The notes: generated from the letters alone by a model not told the origin. 64,000 nucleotides of DNA from Methanocellales archaeon (GCA_038850275.1 JAWCLZ010000005.1:10084-74083); one strand, 5' to 3'; positions 46,612-58,550 are shown, counted from the first letter of the stretch. Translations and numbers: made by a program.

Positions 46612-47340
46612 TCATATTTCAGCTCTTATTTGGTTTAACATTGTTTTTGCATAAATTGTTGTGAGATGACTTATGAAATATGGGATATATGCTTTTAGCT
46701 TCTGAGGATCTACTTCCACATCTGGAGGCTTGGCTTGTTTTTCCTCCACTGCAATTACTTCTACATTTCTACCTTCAATCCATTTTTTAATTGCAATCTC
46801 AATCCCTTTTGATTCCCCTATGCCGTAAAAAATAACTGCATTCTCTTTTCTCTCAGGTGGATTGTATTTCTGAAGGATTTTAAATAGCACCTCCTCATAG
46901 CTCTCAATTACTTTGCAAGAGTTCACTTTAAGCATAAACTTGGCTTCAGGAATTACAATTGACATTAGAGGAGGAGATACTGCTATGGCAAAATCCGAGG
47001 AACTCTTCAAGCTCAGTAAACCACCAAGGCTATGTCCAACTGTTAAAACATATTTATACCTTCTTTTCAACTCCTTAACAACTCCCTCTACATCTTTCAA
47101 TACATCCTCGTCTAGTGGATTCTCATTCTCACCGTGACCCCTTAAATCAATGGCATAGCTATCATAGCCTTTTTCCGCTATGTTAAAAGTTACTCCTAGT
47201 ATTTCATCTTTAGATGAAGAGTAACCATGTATTATCAAAGCTGCTCTATCGCTCTTTACATCTATAAAAAATGCAGGGATACTTTTTCCATCCTCGCTAA
47301 TAAACTTCTTCTTACTTATCTGCATACATTTCATTTTCAA
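46612..47340 (-). CDS. alpha/beta-hydrolase (dienelactone hydrolase/esterase-like)
   Basis: GHSLGG nucleophile elbow. 242 aa. Confidence 0.65.
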   Translation of the reverse strand: MKMKCMQISKKKFISEDGKSIPAFFIDVKSDRAALIIHGYSSSKDEILGVTFNIAEKGYDSYAIDLRGHGENENPLDEDVLKDVEGVVKELKRRYKYVLTVGHSLGGLLSLKSSSDFAIAVSPPLMSIVIPEAKFMLKVNSCKVIESYEEVLFKILQKYNPPERKENAVIFYGIGESKGIEIAIKKWIEGRNVEVIAVEEKQAKPPDVEVDPQKLKAYIPYFISHLTTIYAKTMLNQIRAEI

Positions 47341-47515
47341 TTCTCGAAAAATAAAATTTATCGAAGAATTTGATTTTACAAATCTTATTTGAAGCGCTTG
47401 CTAAAGATTGCTGCCAATGTTCAATAAATAGCGAGCTCGTTATTTGGAGAAGACATTAATGAACAATCTCTACCTCTTAGGATGCAAGTTTAAAGCCAAA
47501 AGGATAGCGTTAGAC

Positions 47516-48427
47516 CTACCATCCCCTAGTTTGAAGTTTCTCTTGCTCTGACAGCGATCTTACAGTGAGACCGCGCATTGGCTCGCCCAAGCCCTTTGAG
47601 ATCTCCGCAAGCTTCGCAGGATTATCATAGTTATTCACAGCTTCAACTATCGCAGCTGCCATTTTAGGTGGATTTTCACTTTTAAATATCCCAGATCCCA
47701 CGAATACACCATCTGCACCTAGGCGCATCATCAATGCAGCGTCCGCTGGAGTTGCAATTCCACCAGCAGCGAAGTTCACCACAGGCAAGCGTTGGAGTTC
47801 AGCTGTTTCCACCACTAATTCATAGGGTGCTTCTATCTGCCTCGCCACCTTCATGAGCTCTTCCTCGGTTTTACCCTTTAATTCGCGAATCTGTGAAAAA
47901 ATTTTCCTCATATGTCTAACTGCTTCACTCACATCCCCAGTGCCTGCCTCGCCCTTGGTGCGTATCATTGCAGCCCCCTCATTTATCCTCCTCAATGCTT
48001 CACCTAAGTCGCGAGCGCCGCAGACAAATGGCACTGTGAATTTGGTTTTATCAATATGATACTCTGGATCCGCTGGGGTTAGAACTTCAGATTCATCTAT
48101 CATATCAACGCCAAGAGCCTCTAGAATTTCTGCCTCCACGAAATGGCCTATTCTAACCTTAGCCATTACTGGTATGGTAACTGCATCCATGATCTCCTCA
48201 ATTATCTTGGGATCTGCCATTCTAGCCACTCCACCAGATTTGCGTATGTCAGCTGGCACCGCTTGAAGTGCCATCACGGCCACTGCTCCTGCTTCTTCAG
48301 CAATTTTAGCTTGCTCTGCATTGGTAACATCCATTATTACGCCGCCTTTCTGCATTTTAGCAAAGCCGCGCTTCAATAACTCAGTACCGTGTCTTAGTTT
48401 TTCAAGTTCAACCATATTTTCTCGCAA
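47516..48427 (-). CDS. pdxS: pyridoxal 5'-phosphate synthase lyase subunit PdxS
   Basis: [55 protein letters not shown] is near-invariant PdxS sequence. Confidence 0.9.
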   Translation of the reverse strand: MRENMVELEKLRHGTELLKRGFAKMQKGGVIMDVTNAEQAKIAEEAGAVAVMALQAVPADIRKSGGVARMADPKIIEEIMDAVTIPVMAKVRIGHFVEAEILEALGVDMIDESEVLTPADPEYHIDKTKFTVPFVCGARDLGEALRRINEGAAMIRTKGEAGTGDVSEAVRHMRKIFSQIRELKGKTEEELMKVARQIEAPYELVVETAELQRLPVVNFAAGGIATPADAALMMRLGADGVFVGSGIFKSENPPKMAAAIVEAVNNYDNPAKLAEISKGLGEPMRGLTVRSLSEQEKLQTRGW

Positions 48428-48528
48428 AACTATTTATTATTCCCAGATGGATAATAAATTTAACTCACCTTTACTCTCTATTTTTATTACTCTATTTTTT
48501 ATCTATTTTTATTTACTCTTTTATTACT

Positions 48529-48666
48529 CTACTCTGCTTTTATCTTCTTAATAATAGTTGGGCGGTCTTTTAATAGAACTCTATGCCCACAGTAGGGACA
48601 TCTTACCCCGCCATATTCATAGTCAATTTCAACAGGTCTCTTGCAGCTTGCACATTTATATGACAC
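48529..48666 (-). CDS. rpoP: DNA-directed RNA polymerase subunit P (Rpo12/RpoP), unannotated 45-aa Zn-ribbon gene
   Basis: The translation (GTG start) [46 protein letters not shown] has CxxC ... GVRCPYCG ... RP, the RpoP signature. It sits directly downstream of L37ae, as in the archaeal exosome superoperon. Confidence 0.75.
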   Translation of the reverse strand: MSYKCASCKRPVEIDYEYGGVRCPYCGHRVLLKDRPTIIKKIKAE

Positions 48667-48671
48667 ATTTT

Positions 48672-49004
48672 TCACTCCTTTTCCGATTCCTCTGCTTTTG
48701 CTTCTGCTTCTTCTGCTTCTACCCCTGCCTTTTCTCCTTCCCTCCTCATGGAGCGTATAACTGTTTTACCAATAGATGTATAAGGTAGATATGTGCCCCC
48801 TGCAAAAGTTACCTCGCATTTCCTACACTGCCAAATTCCCGTACCCTTCCTCACCACACTCATTCTACCGCATTTGGGGCAAAGATGCTTTTTCCTCATC
48901 TGCTCTTCAATGTCTGCAACTAGTTTTCTAACCTTTCGGCCATATCTAGCGCCAAATCGACCTGCTGACCTCGTTTTTCTACCCTTAGCTGCTTTCTCAA
49001 CCAA
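48672..49004 (-). CDS. rpl37ae: ribosomal protein L37ae (eL43) with acidic C-terminal tail
   Basis: [12 protein letters not shown] ... [31 protein letters not shown] is the L37ae zinc ribbon. An extra [15 protein letters not shown] tail follows. Confidence 0.85.
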   Translation of the reverse strand: MVEKAAKGRKTRSAGRFGARYGRKVRKLVADIEEQMRKKHLCPKCGRMSVVRKGTGIWQCRKCEVTFAGGTYLPYTSIGKTVIRSMRREGEKAGVEAEEAEAKAEESEKE

Positions 49005-49007
49005 TTT

Positions 49008-49787
49008 TTATCCCTCCAGATATTTGCTTCGAATCTCTTGTGCTTTTTTGCACGCAAGCTCAACTATTTTCAAAACCTGTTCAGGGCTAAGTAGAGCACT
49101 CCCGCTTTTTTGCAAACCCGCTAGGTCTCCCCGGGAATTGGATATCACAGTTAGCTTCCCAGCTGCAATGTGCTCTTCATCTAAGTTTGGATCTAGAAGT
49201 ATTGCTCCATTGAGAACCACAGCGGTAACTGCCACTGGTAGATCTCTAAGCGGCAGAGGAAAATCTTCCCCAAGTCCAAATTTCTTAGCTGGCACTCTTG
49301 CATTTTTCAAAGCAGCTATTGTACCTAGCGCTGATGCATCCATCAAATTGCCATCGTGGTCTAATACGTGTACATCTATGAAGACCATCCACACTTTTTC
49401 ACCTGGTATGATGCATAGCTTATCTAAATCTATTGCCCCAGATTCTCTAACCCCTCTATCCACCACTCGAGCTAATTCAGTTGCATTTTCATCTGGAGGG
49501 CCTGGTTCAAATAATGGAGATGCAAGTGGCACTAGCTCTACATTGGTTACAATAACGCCTTGGTTTGGGGTATCTGGAAATGGTTCCCCGGGTTGAATTT
49601 TTATCCCAACCATTACTTGAGTATTCCCAATTTTAACTCTAGCTGAGCCCTCGGCTTTGGATATAACACCTGTTTCAACTAAGATTTCGCGGTATTGATC
49701 AAAAGCTCTGCTATCTACGCGTTCTCCCTTTCTCGCTAGATTGTATATATAATCTTTTCTTATCTCTGCGATTATTTCCTCACTCAT
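49008..49787 (-). CDS. rrp42: exosome complex component Rrp42 (RNase PH-like, inactive)
   Basis: RNase PH fold, 259 aa, positioned downstream of rrp41 with a 4-nt overlap. Confidence 0.8.
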   Translation of the reverse strand: MSEEIIAEIRKDYIYNLARKGERVDSRAFDQYREILVETGVISKAEGSARVKIGNTQVMVGIKIQPGEPFPDTPNQGVIVTNVELVPLASPLFEPGPPDENATELARVVDRGVRESGAIDLDKLCIIPGEKVWMVFIDVHVLDHDGNLMDASALGTIAALKNARVPAKKFGLGEDFPLPLRDLPVAVTAVVLNGAILLDPNLDEEHIAAGKLTVISNSRGDLAGLQKSGSALLSPEQVLKIVELACKKAQEIRSKYLEG

Positions 49788-50512
49788 TCATCATCGCCTC
49801 TTTTATCTAAGTATTTCTTGATCAAAGCCTCTCTCTGCAGCTTGTAGATCTCGCGGCATCCTTTCTTCGCTAATTGCAATGCTTTTGCGAATTCCTCTTT
49901 AGTGAGATGTCCATCCATCTGCAATAATACAATGTCCCCATTTTGAGTGATCGCTACTGGCATATCAGCTTGGCCATAGTTGTCTTCTTCCTTATTTAAA
50001 TCAAGCACAATTGTATCATCAACTTTGCCAACGGCACAAGCTGATACCAAGCCCTTCATGGGAATACCGGCATCCGCGAGAGCCACTGAAGCTGCATTTA
50101 TTCCAGCGACTCTAGTTCCAGCATCTGCTTGAAGTATCTCCACGAAGATATCGATTACCGATCTTGGAAATAACTCGGTAAGGATAACTGGCTCGAGTGC
50201 TTCTCTACTTACCTTTGAAATTTCAACTGATCTCCTATCAGGTCCAGGTCTCTTTCTCTCATCCACGGAGAAAGCAGCCATGTTATATCGGTATCTAACT
50301 ATCGCCCTTGAAACCTCTTGAAGATGTCTTGGATGCACTTCTCTCGGGCCATAGACAGCTGCGATTACCTTATTGCCTCCGAATTCTATATAGCACGAGC
50401 CATCCGCTCGCTTGAGAACACCAACTTCTATCTTTATTGGCCTGAGTTCCTCCGGCGTTCTGCCATCTAGTCTCTTTCCATTTATTATGAACTTCTCTGG
50501 TTTACCGTTCAT
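49784..50512 (-). CDS. rrp41: exosome complex exonuclease Rrp41 (RNase PH catalytic subunit)
   Basis: 242 aa. [45 protein letters not shown] is a typical Rrp41 N-terminus. Confidence 0.85.
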   Translation of the reverse strand: MNGKPEKFIINGKRLDGRTPEELRPIKIEVGVLKRADGSCYIEFGGNKVIAAVYGPREVHPRHLQEVSRAIVRYRYNMAAFSVDERKRPGPDRRSVEISKVSREALEPVILTELFPRSVIDIFVEILQADAGTRVAGINAASVALADAGIPMKGLVSACAVGKVDDTIVLDLNKEEDNYGQADMPVAITQNGDIVLLQMDGHLTKEEFAKALQLAKKGCREIYKLQREALIKKYLDKRGDDE

Positions 50513-51182
50513 TTTGAATCTCTCTCTTCAAACTATTGATGTATTCCTTGATTCTATCAGTAAGCCCAGCTGTATGCGCTTCCTTCTCGATCTTTAAAAT
50601 TGCCTTAGTTGCGAGATCAACCATTTCATCTTCACCGCGAATCCATATTCTCCCATTTTGACCAATGAAGATGCTGCAATTCAGTTCTTTTTTAAGCATG
50701 CTAATCATCGAGCCATTTCTACCTATAACTCTAGGAACCTTTGTATGGGAAATATCAATTATCCTCCCATGCTTGAGCACTCTAGATCGATCATCACGCA
50801 TTGATAGCTCAATTTTCATAGTTGCATCTACGTCCACCACTTTGGCAATTATTAAATCACCAACTTTGATGTAGCGATCCATATTACTTTGATCCACTTT
50901 CTCCGGGTACTCAGAGATATGGAGCAAAGCTTCATATGGAGAATTGATATCCACAATCCAGTTGGAGAAGGTTATATCAACTATCTTTCCAATTACAACA
51001 TCTCCCTTGCTTGGTATATACTTGCCTGTTAAGGGAATTACCCTGATTTTATCTCGCTTTTCAATCAAGCCATATAAAGCTGAGTACACTTTGCCCCTCT
51101 CAATATAGGTGCCCTCTCCAGCTTGCTTTGGATCCTCAGATAGTAGATCGCCCGGGATTACAATGCTTCTTTCCTCTGCCAT
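50502..51182 (-). CDS. rrp4: exosome RNA-binding subunit Rrp4 (S1 + KH)
   Basis: N-terminal domain followed by S1 ([20 protein letters not shown]) and a KH GRNG loop ([12 protein letters not shown]). Confidence 0.8.
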   Translation of the reverse strand: MAEERSIVIPGDLLSEDPKQAGEGTYIERGKVYSALYGLIEKRDKIRVIPLTGKYIPSKGDVVIGKIVDITFSNWIVDINSPYEALLHISEYPEKVDQSNMDRYIKVGDLIIAKVVDVDATMKIELSMRDDRSRVLKHGRIIDISHTKVPRVIGRNGSMISMLKKELNCSIFIGQNGRIWIRGEDEMVDLATKAILKIEKEAHTAGLTDRIKEYINSLKREIQNER

Positions 51183-51196
51183 TTCAATACCTCAAT

Positions 51197-51892
51197 TTAC
51201 TTTAAAAGCTTAGTTATAGCCTCTCCCTTGGAGAGTTTATTCACTAAGGTGTAGAAATCTGTTTGAAGTCCCGCTGGGATTTTTACAACAGCTATCCAAG
51301 AGCCATCGTTCTGCCACTGTTCTTTAGTAATTGAGCCAAATGAAGCGATTTCACCATAGGCTTTAGCTGCATATTGAGGTGGAAATTTCACTGCTATTTC
51401 GATTTCCTCGAATCTAATTGGAATTATGGGTTTTATAGCTTTCATGACCTCTGCCACTAAATCATCGACATTCTTAAGTGGGTCTATATGAACCTTGGCT
51501 TCTTCCATTGCTTTCTCTATCCTCGAAGGTGGATGTGGTGCTCGCGTCTGTGGATTTATCGCATTTCTAGCTATAAATTCTATGACTTTTCTCTTTTTTT
51601 CCTCAAGCATCCTTCGCCTCTGCTCAGAGGTTAACTGGATCTCCCCTCGCTTTATAATCTGTTGAGCAACTTCAAGGGGATTGCTAGTTCCGAAGACTTT
51701 AATGAGTTCTTCTTCAGAGGGTCTATCTCCAGTACTTGCATCCGTGAATACATCTTCCACTGCTAGTAATTCCTCAAGGTCAACACTAGCGCCTCGCTTG
51801 AGCATTAATGCTTTCTCAGGGTCTACAAGTACTTCAAACTGCATAGATCGAGTCTTCAACCTAGCTACCACTGCTTCGTCTAGAGTTACCAT
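51197..51892 (-). CDS. SBDS/Sdo1 ribosome maturation protein
   Basis: [26 protein letters not shown] is the FYSH-domain N-terminus. 231 aa. Confidence 0.8.
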   Translation of the reverse strand: MVTLDEAVVARLKTRSMQFEVLVDPEKALMLKRGASVDLEELLAVEDVFTDASTGDRPSEEELIKVFGTSNPLEVAQQIIKRGEIQLTSEQRRRMLEEKKRKVIEFIARNAINPQTRAPHPPSRIEKAMEEAKVHIDPLKNVDDLVAEVMKAIKPIIPIRFEEIEIAVKFPPQYAAKAYGEIASFGSITKEQWQNDGSWIAVVKIPAGLQTDFYTLVNKLSKGEAITKLLK

Positions 51893-51900
51893 ATAGCCAC

Positions 51901-52665
51901 CTAATCTTTTTTCTCCTTCTTCTCCCTCTCTTCCTTTTGCTCTTTAGCAAGTACCTTCTGGATATAACTTTGAATTTCCTCTTGCGGGAGCTTCCTAAAT
52001 TTCTTTGTCTTTACGTCAATCACGCCTACCTCTACTGTGGAAGCATCAAGTTGCCCTTCCACAGCTTTGTAAAGCGCTTTCATTCCAAGTAAAATTGCCC
52101 CTTCTAGGTCAGCATTTTCATCATATTCAGCTTCAAAGACCTCGATTGCAGCGCTTCTACCTGCACCAATCGCAGTTGCCTTGTACTCTAAGAGAGCTCC
52201 GCTTGGATCAGTTTCAAAGAGACTAGGCTTGTTGTCATCAACGCCTGCAATGAGGAGCGCAGTGCCATATGGCCTAACACCGCCATATTGGGTATAAGTC
52301 TGCTTGTGGTCGCAGATTCGCTTAGCTAGGGTTGCAACTCCAATGGGCTCATTATATGTAACGCGGTTGATCTGCGCTTCAACTCTTGCTCTATCAATAA
52401 GCATTCTAGCATCTGCAACTAAGCCCGAGGAGGCTGCACCTATGTGGTCGTCTATTTGGAAAATTTTCTCTATACTCGGTGCTTCAAGCAATCTACTTGC
52501 CACTCTTTTATCTACGAGTAAAGCCACGCCTTCTTTGCATTTTATGCCAATAGCAGTTGTGCCCTTTTTAACCGCTTCCCTTGCATATTCAACTTGGAAT
52601 AGCCTTCCATCTGGACTGAATACCGTTATAGCTCTATCATACCCCATCTGAGGTGCCATGTGCAT
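51901..52665 (-). CDS. psmA: proteasome alpha subunit
   Basis: [31 protein letters not shown] is invariant alpha-subunit N-terminus. The annotated start overlaps pop5 by 29 nt; the Met at 52659 is an alternative start. Confidence 0.9.
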   Translation of the reverse strand: MHMAPQMGYDRAITVFSPDGRLFQVEYAREAVKKGTTAIGIKCKEGVALLVDKRVASRLLEAPSIEKIFQIDDHIGAASSGLVADARMLIDRARVEAQINRVTYNEPIGVATLAKRICDHKQTYTQYGGVRPYGTALLIAGVDDNKPSLFETDPSGALLEYKATAIGAGRSAAIEVFEAEYDENADLEGAILLGMKALYKAVEGQLDASTVEVGVIDVKTKKFRKLPQEEIQSYIQKVLAKEQKEEREKKEKKD

Positions 52666-53188
52666 TTTTATTCTCTCCTTTACTTTCTTTTAAATCAAAT
52701 ACTGTTATTCCAATTAGATTTACACTTGATCTATCAATTATTTCATTTTTATCTGGAATTATATCAATTTCCTCTCCACGTATTCTCTTTACTTCTCCAG
52801 ATACATATTTCAATTCAATGCGAGAAGGGATATCATTAATAACTTTACCTATGATCTTTTTTCGCTTAAATTTTTCTATGGCTGTTTTCAAGGTTCCACT
52901 CACCCCTTTAATGTAAAGCACTGTTCTAATTCGCTTTATACTGCGCAATGAAGCAAGCACTGCTCTAACGCTTTCCACTCCATCGTGGTTGCACCTCAAT
53001 ATACCTTGAGAATCTTCAAATTCAAGCAAAGCTATACCTAGATCGCTTGCACCTGCCTCTCCAAATAAAGCCAGTGCTTCTCGCCAGATGGCACTGCTGA
53101 GCTCATTTTTTGAAAAATCATCTTCGCTATCCACATCGAAAACTATGTATCTCTTGCGCTTCCTTAGTGATGATGGTAGAGCTTTCAT
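52637..53188 (-). CDS. RNase P protein subunit Pop5 (Rpp14-like) with extended C-terminus
   Basis: [16 protein letters not shown] matches the Pop5 N-terminus. 183 aa versus the usual ~120-130. Confidence 0.6.
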   Translation of the reverse strand: MKALPSSLRKRKRYIVFDVDSEDDFSKNELSSAIWREALALFGEAGASDLGIALLEFEDSQGILRCNHDGVESVRAVLASLRSIKRIRTVLYIKGVSGTLKTAIEKFKRKKIIGKVINDIPSRIELKYVSGEVKRIRGEEIDIIPDKNEIIDRSSVNLIGITVFDLKESKGENKNAHGTSDGV

Positions 53189-53838
53189 TCAATTACCTCT
53201 ACCCTAGCGCTTTTCTTTAAAATTCTCTCAGGGACTTTGCTCAAGCTTTGAAAAGCTTCAGCTCTACTCATTCCAAAAAGCCCAGCGAGCGCTGCCATTT
53301 CTCTTGGGGCTCTTAAATCATAATGCGACCTAGCACCGCTGGTTAAAACTATGGGTGCTTCAAATTTTTTAGCGAGCTTGAAGTTCCTCTTAAAGTTTGA
53401 GAGAAGTCTTGAACGCAGGCCCCCCCTCGAGTGAATAAGTGCATTTAAATTGAATTCAAGAGCTACTTGATTTTCACTCGCTATTTTCGCCAGCACGTGG
53501 TTTATACCTTGCTTTGCTTGCTCTGGATGAGCAAGGATATCCACTCTTGAATCTCCTAGGGCAGCGCGATTGATCTCCTCAGTCGAAGCGTGAACCAAGA
53601 GTACATCCACTTTAGGGCGATAAGCTGCTATTTTACCCAACAGTTCCCTCTCAGTGCTAGCTTTAATCTCCACTCCAAGTAAAATGCCTTCTTCTCTAGG
53701 AAATTGCTCGAAGTAATCAGAGTGATTCGCTATTGCTATTCCACTGTAGCCAAATTGCTTTGCTTTTAACCACAGCCTCCTTGGGCTATCTGCGCATTCT
53801 GGAAGGGCATGTACATTTAAGTCATAAAAAGCAGTCAT
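53185..53838 (-). CDS. RNase P protein subunit Rpp30 (p30)
   Basis: The N-terminus AFYDLNVHA matches the Rpp30 FYDLHVH start. 217-aa TIM-barrel-sized protein in the canonical superoperon position. Confidence 0.65.
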   Translation of the reverse strand: MTAFYDLNVHALPECADSPRRLWLKAKQFGYSGIAIANHSDYFEQFPREEGILLGVEIKASTERELLGKIAAYRPKVDVLLVHASTEEINRAALGDSRVDILAHPEQAKQGINHVLAKIASENQVALEFNLNALIHSRGGLRSRLLSNFKRNFKLAKKFEAPIVLTSGARSHYDLRAPREMAALAGLFGMSRAEAFQSLSKVPERILKKSARVEVIE

Positions 53839-54260
53839 GAAAAAATTCCTCTAACCACTTCTAAAGCATTCTCATACTTCGCTGGATAAGCCTTGACCTT
53901 TGCTTTAAGAGCCACTGCATCCTCGTTGCTTGCTAGCTCGATTTGATTTTCAAATAAAGCTTGTTTATCGAATCTGAGGTATAAATAGCAATCACTATCA
54001 ACCCTCTGAGGGAGTTCTTTTTTCAATCGTTGATAATCACTTGGAGTTAGTCTCGCTTTTAGGTTTTTAAAAAAATTCTCACACGCTTCTCTGCCCTCTA
54101 TGTTTGAATGCAGTACTATAATTGGATTTCCAAAATGACCTTGCATCTTGGTTTCTTTAATAACTAGCTCACTAGATGCCAAGTTTTCAATAGCTTTCTT
54201 AACTTTTCTAATATCCTCCGTTGCGTGCACTATTCCGCGGAGGCTTATGCTGACGATCAC
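53835..54260 (-). CDS. DUF54/COG1325-type predicted RNA-binding protein of the exosome superoperon
   Basis: 141 aa, located between L15e and Rpp30, where this family usually sits. There is no catalytic motif. Confidence 0.5.
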   Translation of the reverse strand: MIVSISLRGIVHATEDIRKVKKAIENLASSELVIKETKMQGHFGNPIIVLHSNIEGREACENFFKNLKARLTPSDYQRLKKELPQRVDSDCYLYLRFDKQALFENQIELASNEDAVALKAKVKAYPAKYENALEVVRGIFS

Positions 54261-54841
54261 TTCCCTCTTCCCTCGTTCGCACTTATGCTTGGACGTGTTT
54301 TTTCAGTACCCTCTCCCTTCCTTCTTAATCCCCGTCCTTTTCTACCAGCACTGGTTAAGCCTCTGAATGCACGTCCTTTTTTATTTGGATTGCAAATCCA
54401 GTTTATATTTGGATCATTCTTTATAACCGGGTGATGGGGGTCAACTAATATGACCTCAAACCACTTCTTCTTCCCATCCTCCCCCACCCAGTATGAATTT
54501 AAAACCTCGAGATTAGGGAACTTGCGAGCTGCTCTTTCCTCAGCGATCCTCTGCAGGCTTTTACCAGCTGTTATCCCCCTCACACCCATGCCAGGCGTCT
54601 TCCTCCCTCTTACATACCTTGGCTTCCGCCTGCCACCTCTTCGAACTGCTACTCGTGCGATCACAAAGCCCTGCTTGGCCTTGTAGCCAAGCGCTCTAGC
54701 TCGGTCAAGCCTAGTTGGCCTCTCTACTCTCACCACAGTTGGTTCCTTTCTCCACTGTTGAAGTCGCTCCCACATTAGATCTTTGACGTAGGAATCTTTA
54801 TCCTGCCACGCTTCTCCTATGTATGCATACATCGATTTCAT
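54257..54841 (-). CDS. rpl15e: ribosomal protein L15e (eL15)
   Basis: YIGEAWQ ... [40 protein letters not shown] is the L15e signature. Confidence 0.9.
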   Translation of the reverse strand: MKSMYAYIGEAWQDKDSYVKDLMWERLQQWRKEPTVVRVERPTRLDRARALGYKAKQGFVIARVAVRRGGRRKPRYVRGRKTPGMGVRGITAGKSLQRIAEERAARKFPNLEVLNSYWVGEDGKKKWFEVILVDPHHPVIKNDPNINWICNPNKKGRAFRGLTSAGRKGRGLRRKGEGTEKTRPSISANEGRGK

Positions 54842-54981
54842 ATCTATCCCCTTCTTCGCGGTTCAGCGCTATTCACTACATCCCAACGGGATTTGCTAAT
54901 TCGAGCAAATATGTAATCCTTATTTATATAGCTTTGCTACTCCATAAAACCTTTATTGTTGAATATCAATTTGCTAAAGAA

Positions 54982-55773
54982 ATGAAGTTGCATCCAGCGG
55001 AGTTCATAACTCTGAAGCAATTTCAAGGCGGCTTTGGCTGGCACAATAAATTAGCTTCTGAAGTAAAGCGAAAGTATCGAGCTAAAATCGATAGTATAGA
55101 TGAATACTTAGCGAGGGATATAGCAGTTAAGATGAATGGTGAACTCATAGAGGAGAGGATTTATCCAACAGTAAGGTGGACTATTGTTTTAAATCCAATT
55201 AGGAAGCTGCGCATAGTTTTTCTCTATGATGACAATGAAGAGTTTGGCAAAAATCTTTATTTCTTCTTTGGCAGGGAAGCGAGAGATGAAATTCCCACTG
55301 AAGATGTGGCTGTTTTCACTCAATGCTATTTATCGGTGATCTCTCGATATAAGGAATATCTGCTTTCAAAATCAGGAGACAGTGGAAAGCTAATCTCAGT
55401 TTATGAGCTTGAGAAGCAAAGAGGGGAAGCATTTGCAAGGTATTACATTGGCGAGCGGAAATTCCTAATGAAGCACATTAAAAGTGAAATTGCTGAAAAA
55501 GCAGCGCGTGAGATAAAAGCAGAATTCTATAGAGATAACGAGTTCTTTAAAGATGGCGAGACTTGGCGAATAAAAGTCTCCCCTCTTTTTGATCTTTGCA
55601 TCGTTTATGCACTGAAGAGCTCTGGTGATATCGATGTTCTAATAAGTGAAGCAGCGGCGAATAAATATCTCACAGGTATCTTCATGGGATTCACTTGGCT
55701 TTATGGAACTGAATTCATAAGAGCAGCTCAAAGGCTTGACCCAAGTATACCTAAACTATCAAGATACATCTAG
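54982..55773 (+). CDS. hypothetical protein (about 264 aa from the Met at 54982)
   Basis: The ORF-track start at 54823 overlaps rpl15e; the internal ATG at 54982 sits behind a TATA-like ccttatttatata. No recognised domain. Confidence 0.4.
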   Translation: MKLHPAEFITLKQFQGGFGWHNKLASEVKRKYRAKIDSIDEYLARDIAVKMNGELIEERIYPTVRWTIVLNPIRKLRIVFLYDDNEEFGKNLYFFFGREARDEIPTEDVAVFTQCYLSVISRYKEYLLSKSGDSGKLISVYELEKQRGEAFARYYIGERKFLMKHIKSEIAEKAAREIKAEFYRDNEFFKDGETWRIKVSPLFDLCIVYALKSSGDIDVLISEAAANKYLTGIFMGFTWLYGTEFIRAAQRLDPSIPKLSRYI

Positions 55774-55781
55774 GGGAAAAT

Positions 55782-56339
55782 ATGACTTTATATATACTCT
55801 ATAGTAGGCAATTTGATTACGATTCAAATATTTATATTCTAAAAGTTGGAGATCGAGCTCTGCTGATAGATGCAGGTAGCGGTTACAATAGCGAGAGGCT
55901 TAGAAGCACCTTGGATGCACTTGGTATAGCTAGAGTTGAGCAAATTCTACTTACCCATAATGACCACGATCACTCTGGAGGGGTGCAGTTTTTCCCTGAA
56001 GCGATCGTTAAGGTGCATCAGTTGGATAGAGATAATAGGTTTTCAAAAGCCAAGGTTGAAATACTGCAAGATGGAGATGAAATTAAATTCGGGGAATATA
56101 TTTTAAAAGTGGTTCATACTCCAGGGCATAGTCCAGGTAGTGTTTGTTTTTATGAAAAAAATCGCAAATGGCTATTCTCAGGTGATACCCCAATGGAATT
56201 TCTACCAAGTGTTGTGGATAGACATATAGAGAGACATATTGCTCTGGAGCAATTAAGGCAATCTGTGAATAAGCTCTCTAAGCTTGATATATCAATAGTA
56301 TACCCCGGGCACGGTAAACCGCTTTATCCTAAGTCGTGA
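55782..56339 (+). CDS. MBL-fold metallo-hydrolase (glyoxalase II-like)
   Basis: The LLTHNDHDHSGG (HxHxDH) and VHTPGHSPGS motifs are present. 185 aa. Confidence 0.75.
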   Translation: MTLYILYSRQFDYDSNIYILKVGDRALLIDAGSGYNSERLRSTLDALGIARVEQILLTHNDHDHSGGVQFFPEAIVKVHQLDRDNRFSKAKVEILQDGDEIKFGEYILKVVHTPGHSPGSVCFYEKNRKWLFSGDTPMEFLPSVVDRHIERHIALEQLRQSVNKLSKLDISIVYPGHGKPLYPKS

Positions 56340-56835
56340 ACTCTTTTCTGAGCAGGGCTTTCATGAACTCGATCAATCCACCTCTCTTCATCATTTCCTG
56401 TAGGAAATCAGGCAGGGGAGTTGTGCTATAGGTTTCATTCTTAGTTTTATTCACAATTAATCCTGAGCTGAAGTCCACTTCAAGTAAATCACCATCGCTG
56501 ATTTTATCCACATCTTTGCATTCCAGCACTGGCAAGCCTATATTTAATGCATTTCTGAAAAAAATTCGAGCGAAGGATTTCGCGATCACGCATTTTATTC
56601 CAGCGCCCTTAAGTGCAAGAGGCGCATGTTCCCTTGATGAGCCGCATCCAAAGTTTTCCCCTGCAACGATTACATCCCCCTTTTTCACGCTACTTGCGAA
56701 CTCAGGTCGTATACCCTCAAACGCATGCTTAGCAAGCTCCTCGGGATCGCTTAATACAAGATATTTACCTGAGATTATAGCATCAGTATTAACATCATCC
56801 CCGAATTTCCAACTCCTGCCCTCTAGCGATTGCAA
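56329..56835 (-). CDS. aconitase-family dehydratase small subunit (LeuD/HacB type)
   Basis: 168 aa. [15 protein letters not shown] ... [17 protein letters not shown] is the LeuD swivel-domain signature. Confidence 0.8.
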   Translation of the reverse strand: MQSLEGRSWKFGDDVNTDAIISGKYLVLSDPEELAKHAFEGIRPEFASSVKKGDVIVAGENFGCGSSREHAPLALKGAGIKCVIAKSFARIFFRNALNIGLPVLECKDVDKISDGDLLEVDFSSGLIVNKTKNETYSTTPLPDFLQEMMKRGGLIEFMKALLRKEFTT

Positions 56836-56836
56836 G

Positions 56837-58111
56837 TTAAACCCTCCTTGGATCAGTTATTACACCTGTAATTGCAGAAGCCGCTGCAGTTGCAGGGGAG
56901 CAGAGATATATCTGCGCTTCAGTGCTTCCTTGTCTGCCCCTGAAGTTTCTATTTGAAGTGGACAGGCATACTTCTCCATCGCTTAGCAATCCAAATGAAC
57001 CCCCCATGCATGGACCGCAGCAGGGCGATTCAACGATCGCTCCTGCGCTATATAGCTTCCTTAAAATCCCAGCTTTATCAGCGTATATATAAATCTCTCT
57101 CGATGCAGGGATCACTATCATTCTAACCCCTTTTGCAATTTTCTCACCATCAATTATTTCAGCTGCTATCTTCAAATCTTCTAATCTACCATTGGTGCAG
57201 GAGCCAATGAAAACTTGGTCAATTTTAATCCCTTCGACCTCTTCCACTGATTTCACATTATCCACGCTATGTGGACAAGAAATTTGAGGTGCTAAATTTG
57301 AGACATCATAACATCGCACTTCAAAATAACTCGCATCTTCATCGCTCTTCAGAGCATCCTCAAGTTTAAAATTAGGAATTCTCCTTCGCAGATATTGCTC
57401 AGTTTTGCGATCTGGCTCAATTATCCCTGCTTTACCTCCCATTTCAATCACCATATTTGCTATTGTTAATCTACCATCTATGGATAGATTTTTAATCGCT
57501 GAACCAGTGAATTCACAAGCTTTATAGTTAGCTCCATTTGCACCCATGTCACCTATTATATGAAGGATTATATCCTTGGAATAAACGCGCTTGGGAAGCC
57601 TGCCATTTATTTCCAGCTTAATTGTCTCAGGTACTTTGAACCAGAGCTTGCCACTCGCTAGCACCGCTGCCACATCAGTTGAGCCAACTCCTGTTGCAAA
57701 TGCCCCTAGAGCCCCATAGGTGCAAGTGTGGGAGTCAGCTCCAACTATTAAATCCCCAGGTTTAACGTGTCCTTTCTCAGGTATTACAGCGTGGCATATG
57801 CCCTCGAATACATCATAGTTGAGGATACCTTGCTCGAGAGCAAATTTTCTAAGCAATGCATGATTTCTCGCTGCTTGAAGCGAATCAGCTGGCACTTGAT
57901 GGTCAAATAAAATAATTATCTTGCTTGCATCCCAAACTCTTCCATTTCTCCCTGCTATTTCATAGAAGCTCTTGACTGCAAGAGGCCCTGTTAAGTCATG
58001 CATCATTGCTTTATCCACTTCTGCAAGAACAAATTCACCTGCTCTCACTTGCTTGCCGCTTTTCATTGAGAAGATCTTTTCTGAAATAGTTCGACCTTGC
58101 ATAGAAATCAA
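56837..58111 (-). CDS. aconitase-family dehydratase large subunit (3-isopropylmalate/homoaconitate dehydratase, LeuC/HacA type)
   Basis: 424 aa. The Fe-S ligand region CCGPCMGG, together with GSCTNGR and VGADSHT, are LeuC-type motifs. Confidence 0.8.
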   Translation of the reverse strand: MISMQGRTISEKIFSMKSGKQVRAGEFVLAEVDKAMMHDLTGPLAVKSFYEIAGRNGRVWDASKIIILFDHQVPADSLQAARNHALLRKFALEQGILNYDVFEGICHAVIPEKGHVKPGDLIVGADSHTCTYGALGAFATGVGSTDVAAVLASGKLWFKVPETIKLEINGRLPKRVYSKDIILHIIGDMGANGANYKACEFTGSAIKNLSIDGRLTIANMVIEMGGKAGIIEPDRKTEQYLRRRIPNFKLEDALKSDEDASYFEVRCYDVSNLAPQISCPHSVDNVKSVEEVEGIKIDQVFIGSCTNGRLEDLKIAAEIIDGEKIAKGVRMIVIPASREIYIYADKAGILRKLYSAGAIVESPCCGPCMGGSFGLLSDGEVCLSTSNRNFRGRQGSTEAQIYLCSPATAAASAITGVITDPRRV

Positions 58112-58142
58112 ATTATTGCAAGCAAGATAAAAATATTGTTGC

Positions 58143-58538
58143 CTAAGTTTTCTTTGCCTTTGCTTGAATTTTAGCAGCGAACTTAGCTTTATCTATTATG
58201 AAGCGCTCGTGGATGGCTTCACCTATTTTTTCAACTTCATCGAAAACCTCAACCTTAAAGATAAGTCTTTTACCCTCAATTGCATCAAGCCTAGCCCTAG
58301 CAATAACCCTCATGCCCATAGGAGTGGGAGCGAGGTGCTTTGCATTCATTACAATGCCAACTGTTCCCTGTCCCATATTTAAATGAGGCTGAACAGCATC
58401 GTTGCAAGTGTGCTCGATGAGTGCAACCATAAAGGGAGTTGCAAATGCATCTGGGGTGCCAGGGACAAGCCTTGAGGCAAGCATCTCTGAGGTAACCACG
58501 TAGCTTTTTTCATAAGTCAATCCAACTTCAAGTGCCAT
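58143..58538 (-). CDS. hotdog-fold thioesterase-like protein
   Basis: 131 aa with a central helix motif ([17 protein letters not shown]) and conserved fold length. Confidence 0.5.
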   Translation of the reverse strand: MALEVGLTYEKSYVVTSEMLASRLVPGTPDAFATPFMVALIEHTCNDAVQPHLNMGQGTVGIVMNAKHLAPTPMGMRVIARARLDAIEGKRLIFKVEVFDEVEKIGEAIHERFIIDKAKFAAKIQAKAKKT

Positions 58539-58550
58539 AATATCTCCTCT

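Noticed and set aside
48793-49596. 267-aa plus-strand ORF across L37ae and rrp42
   Set aside because: It is antisense to two highly conserved genes and Ser/Pro/Ala-rich, which makes it a GC-skew artefact of the coding strand.
54823-54981. The first 53 codons of ORF 54823-55773 ([12 protein letters not shown]...)
   Set aside because: That extension overlaps the rpl15e 5' end on the other strand and is low complexity. The internal ATG at 54982, behind a TATA-like element, is the more plausible start.
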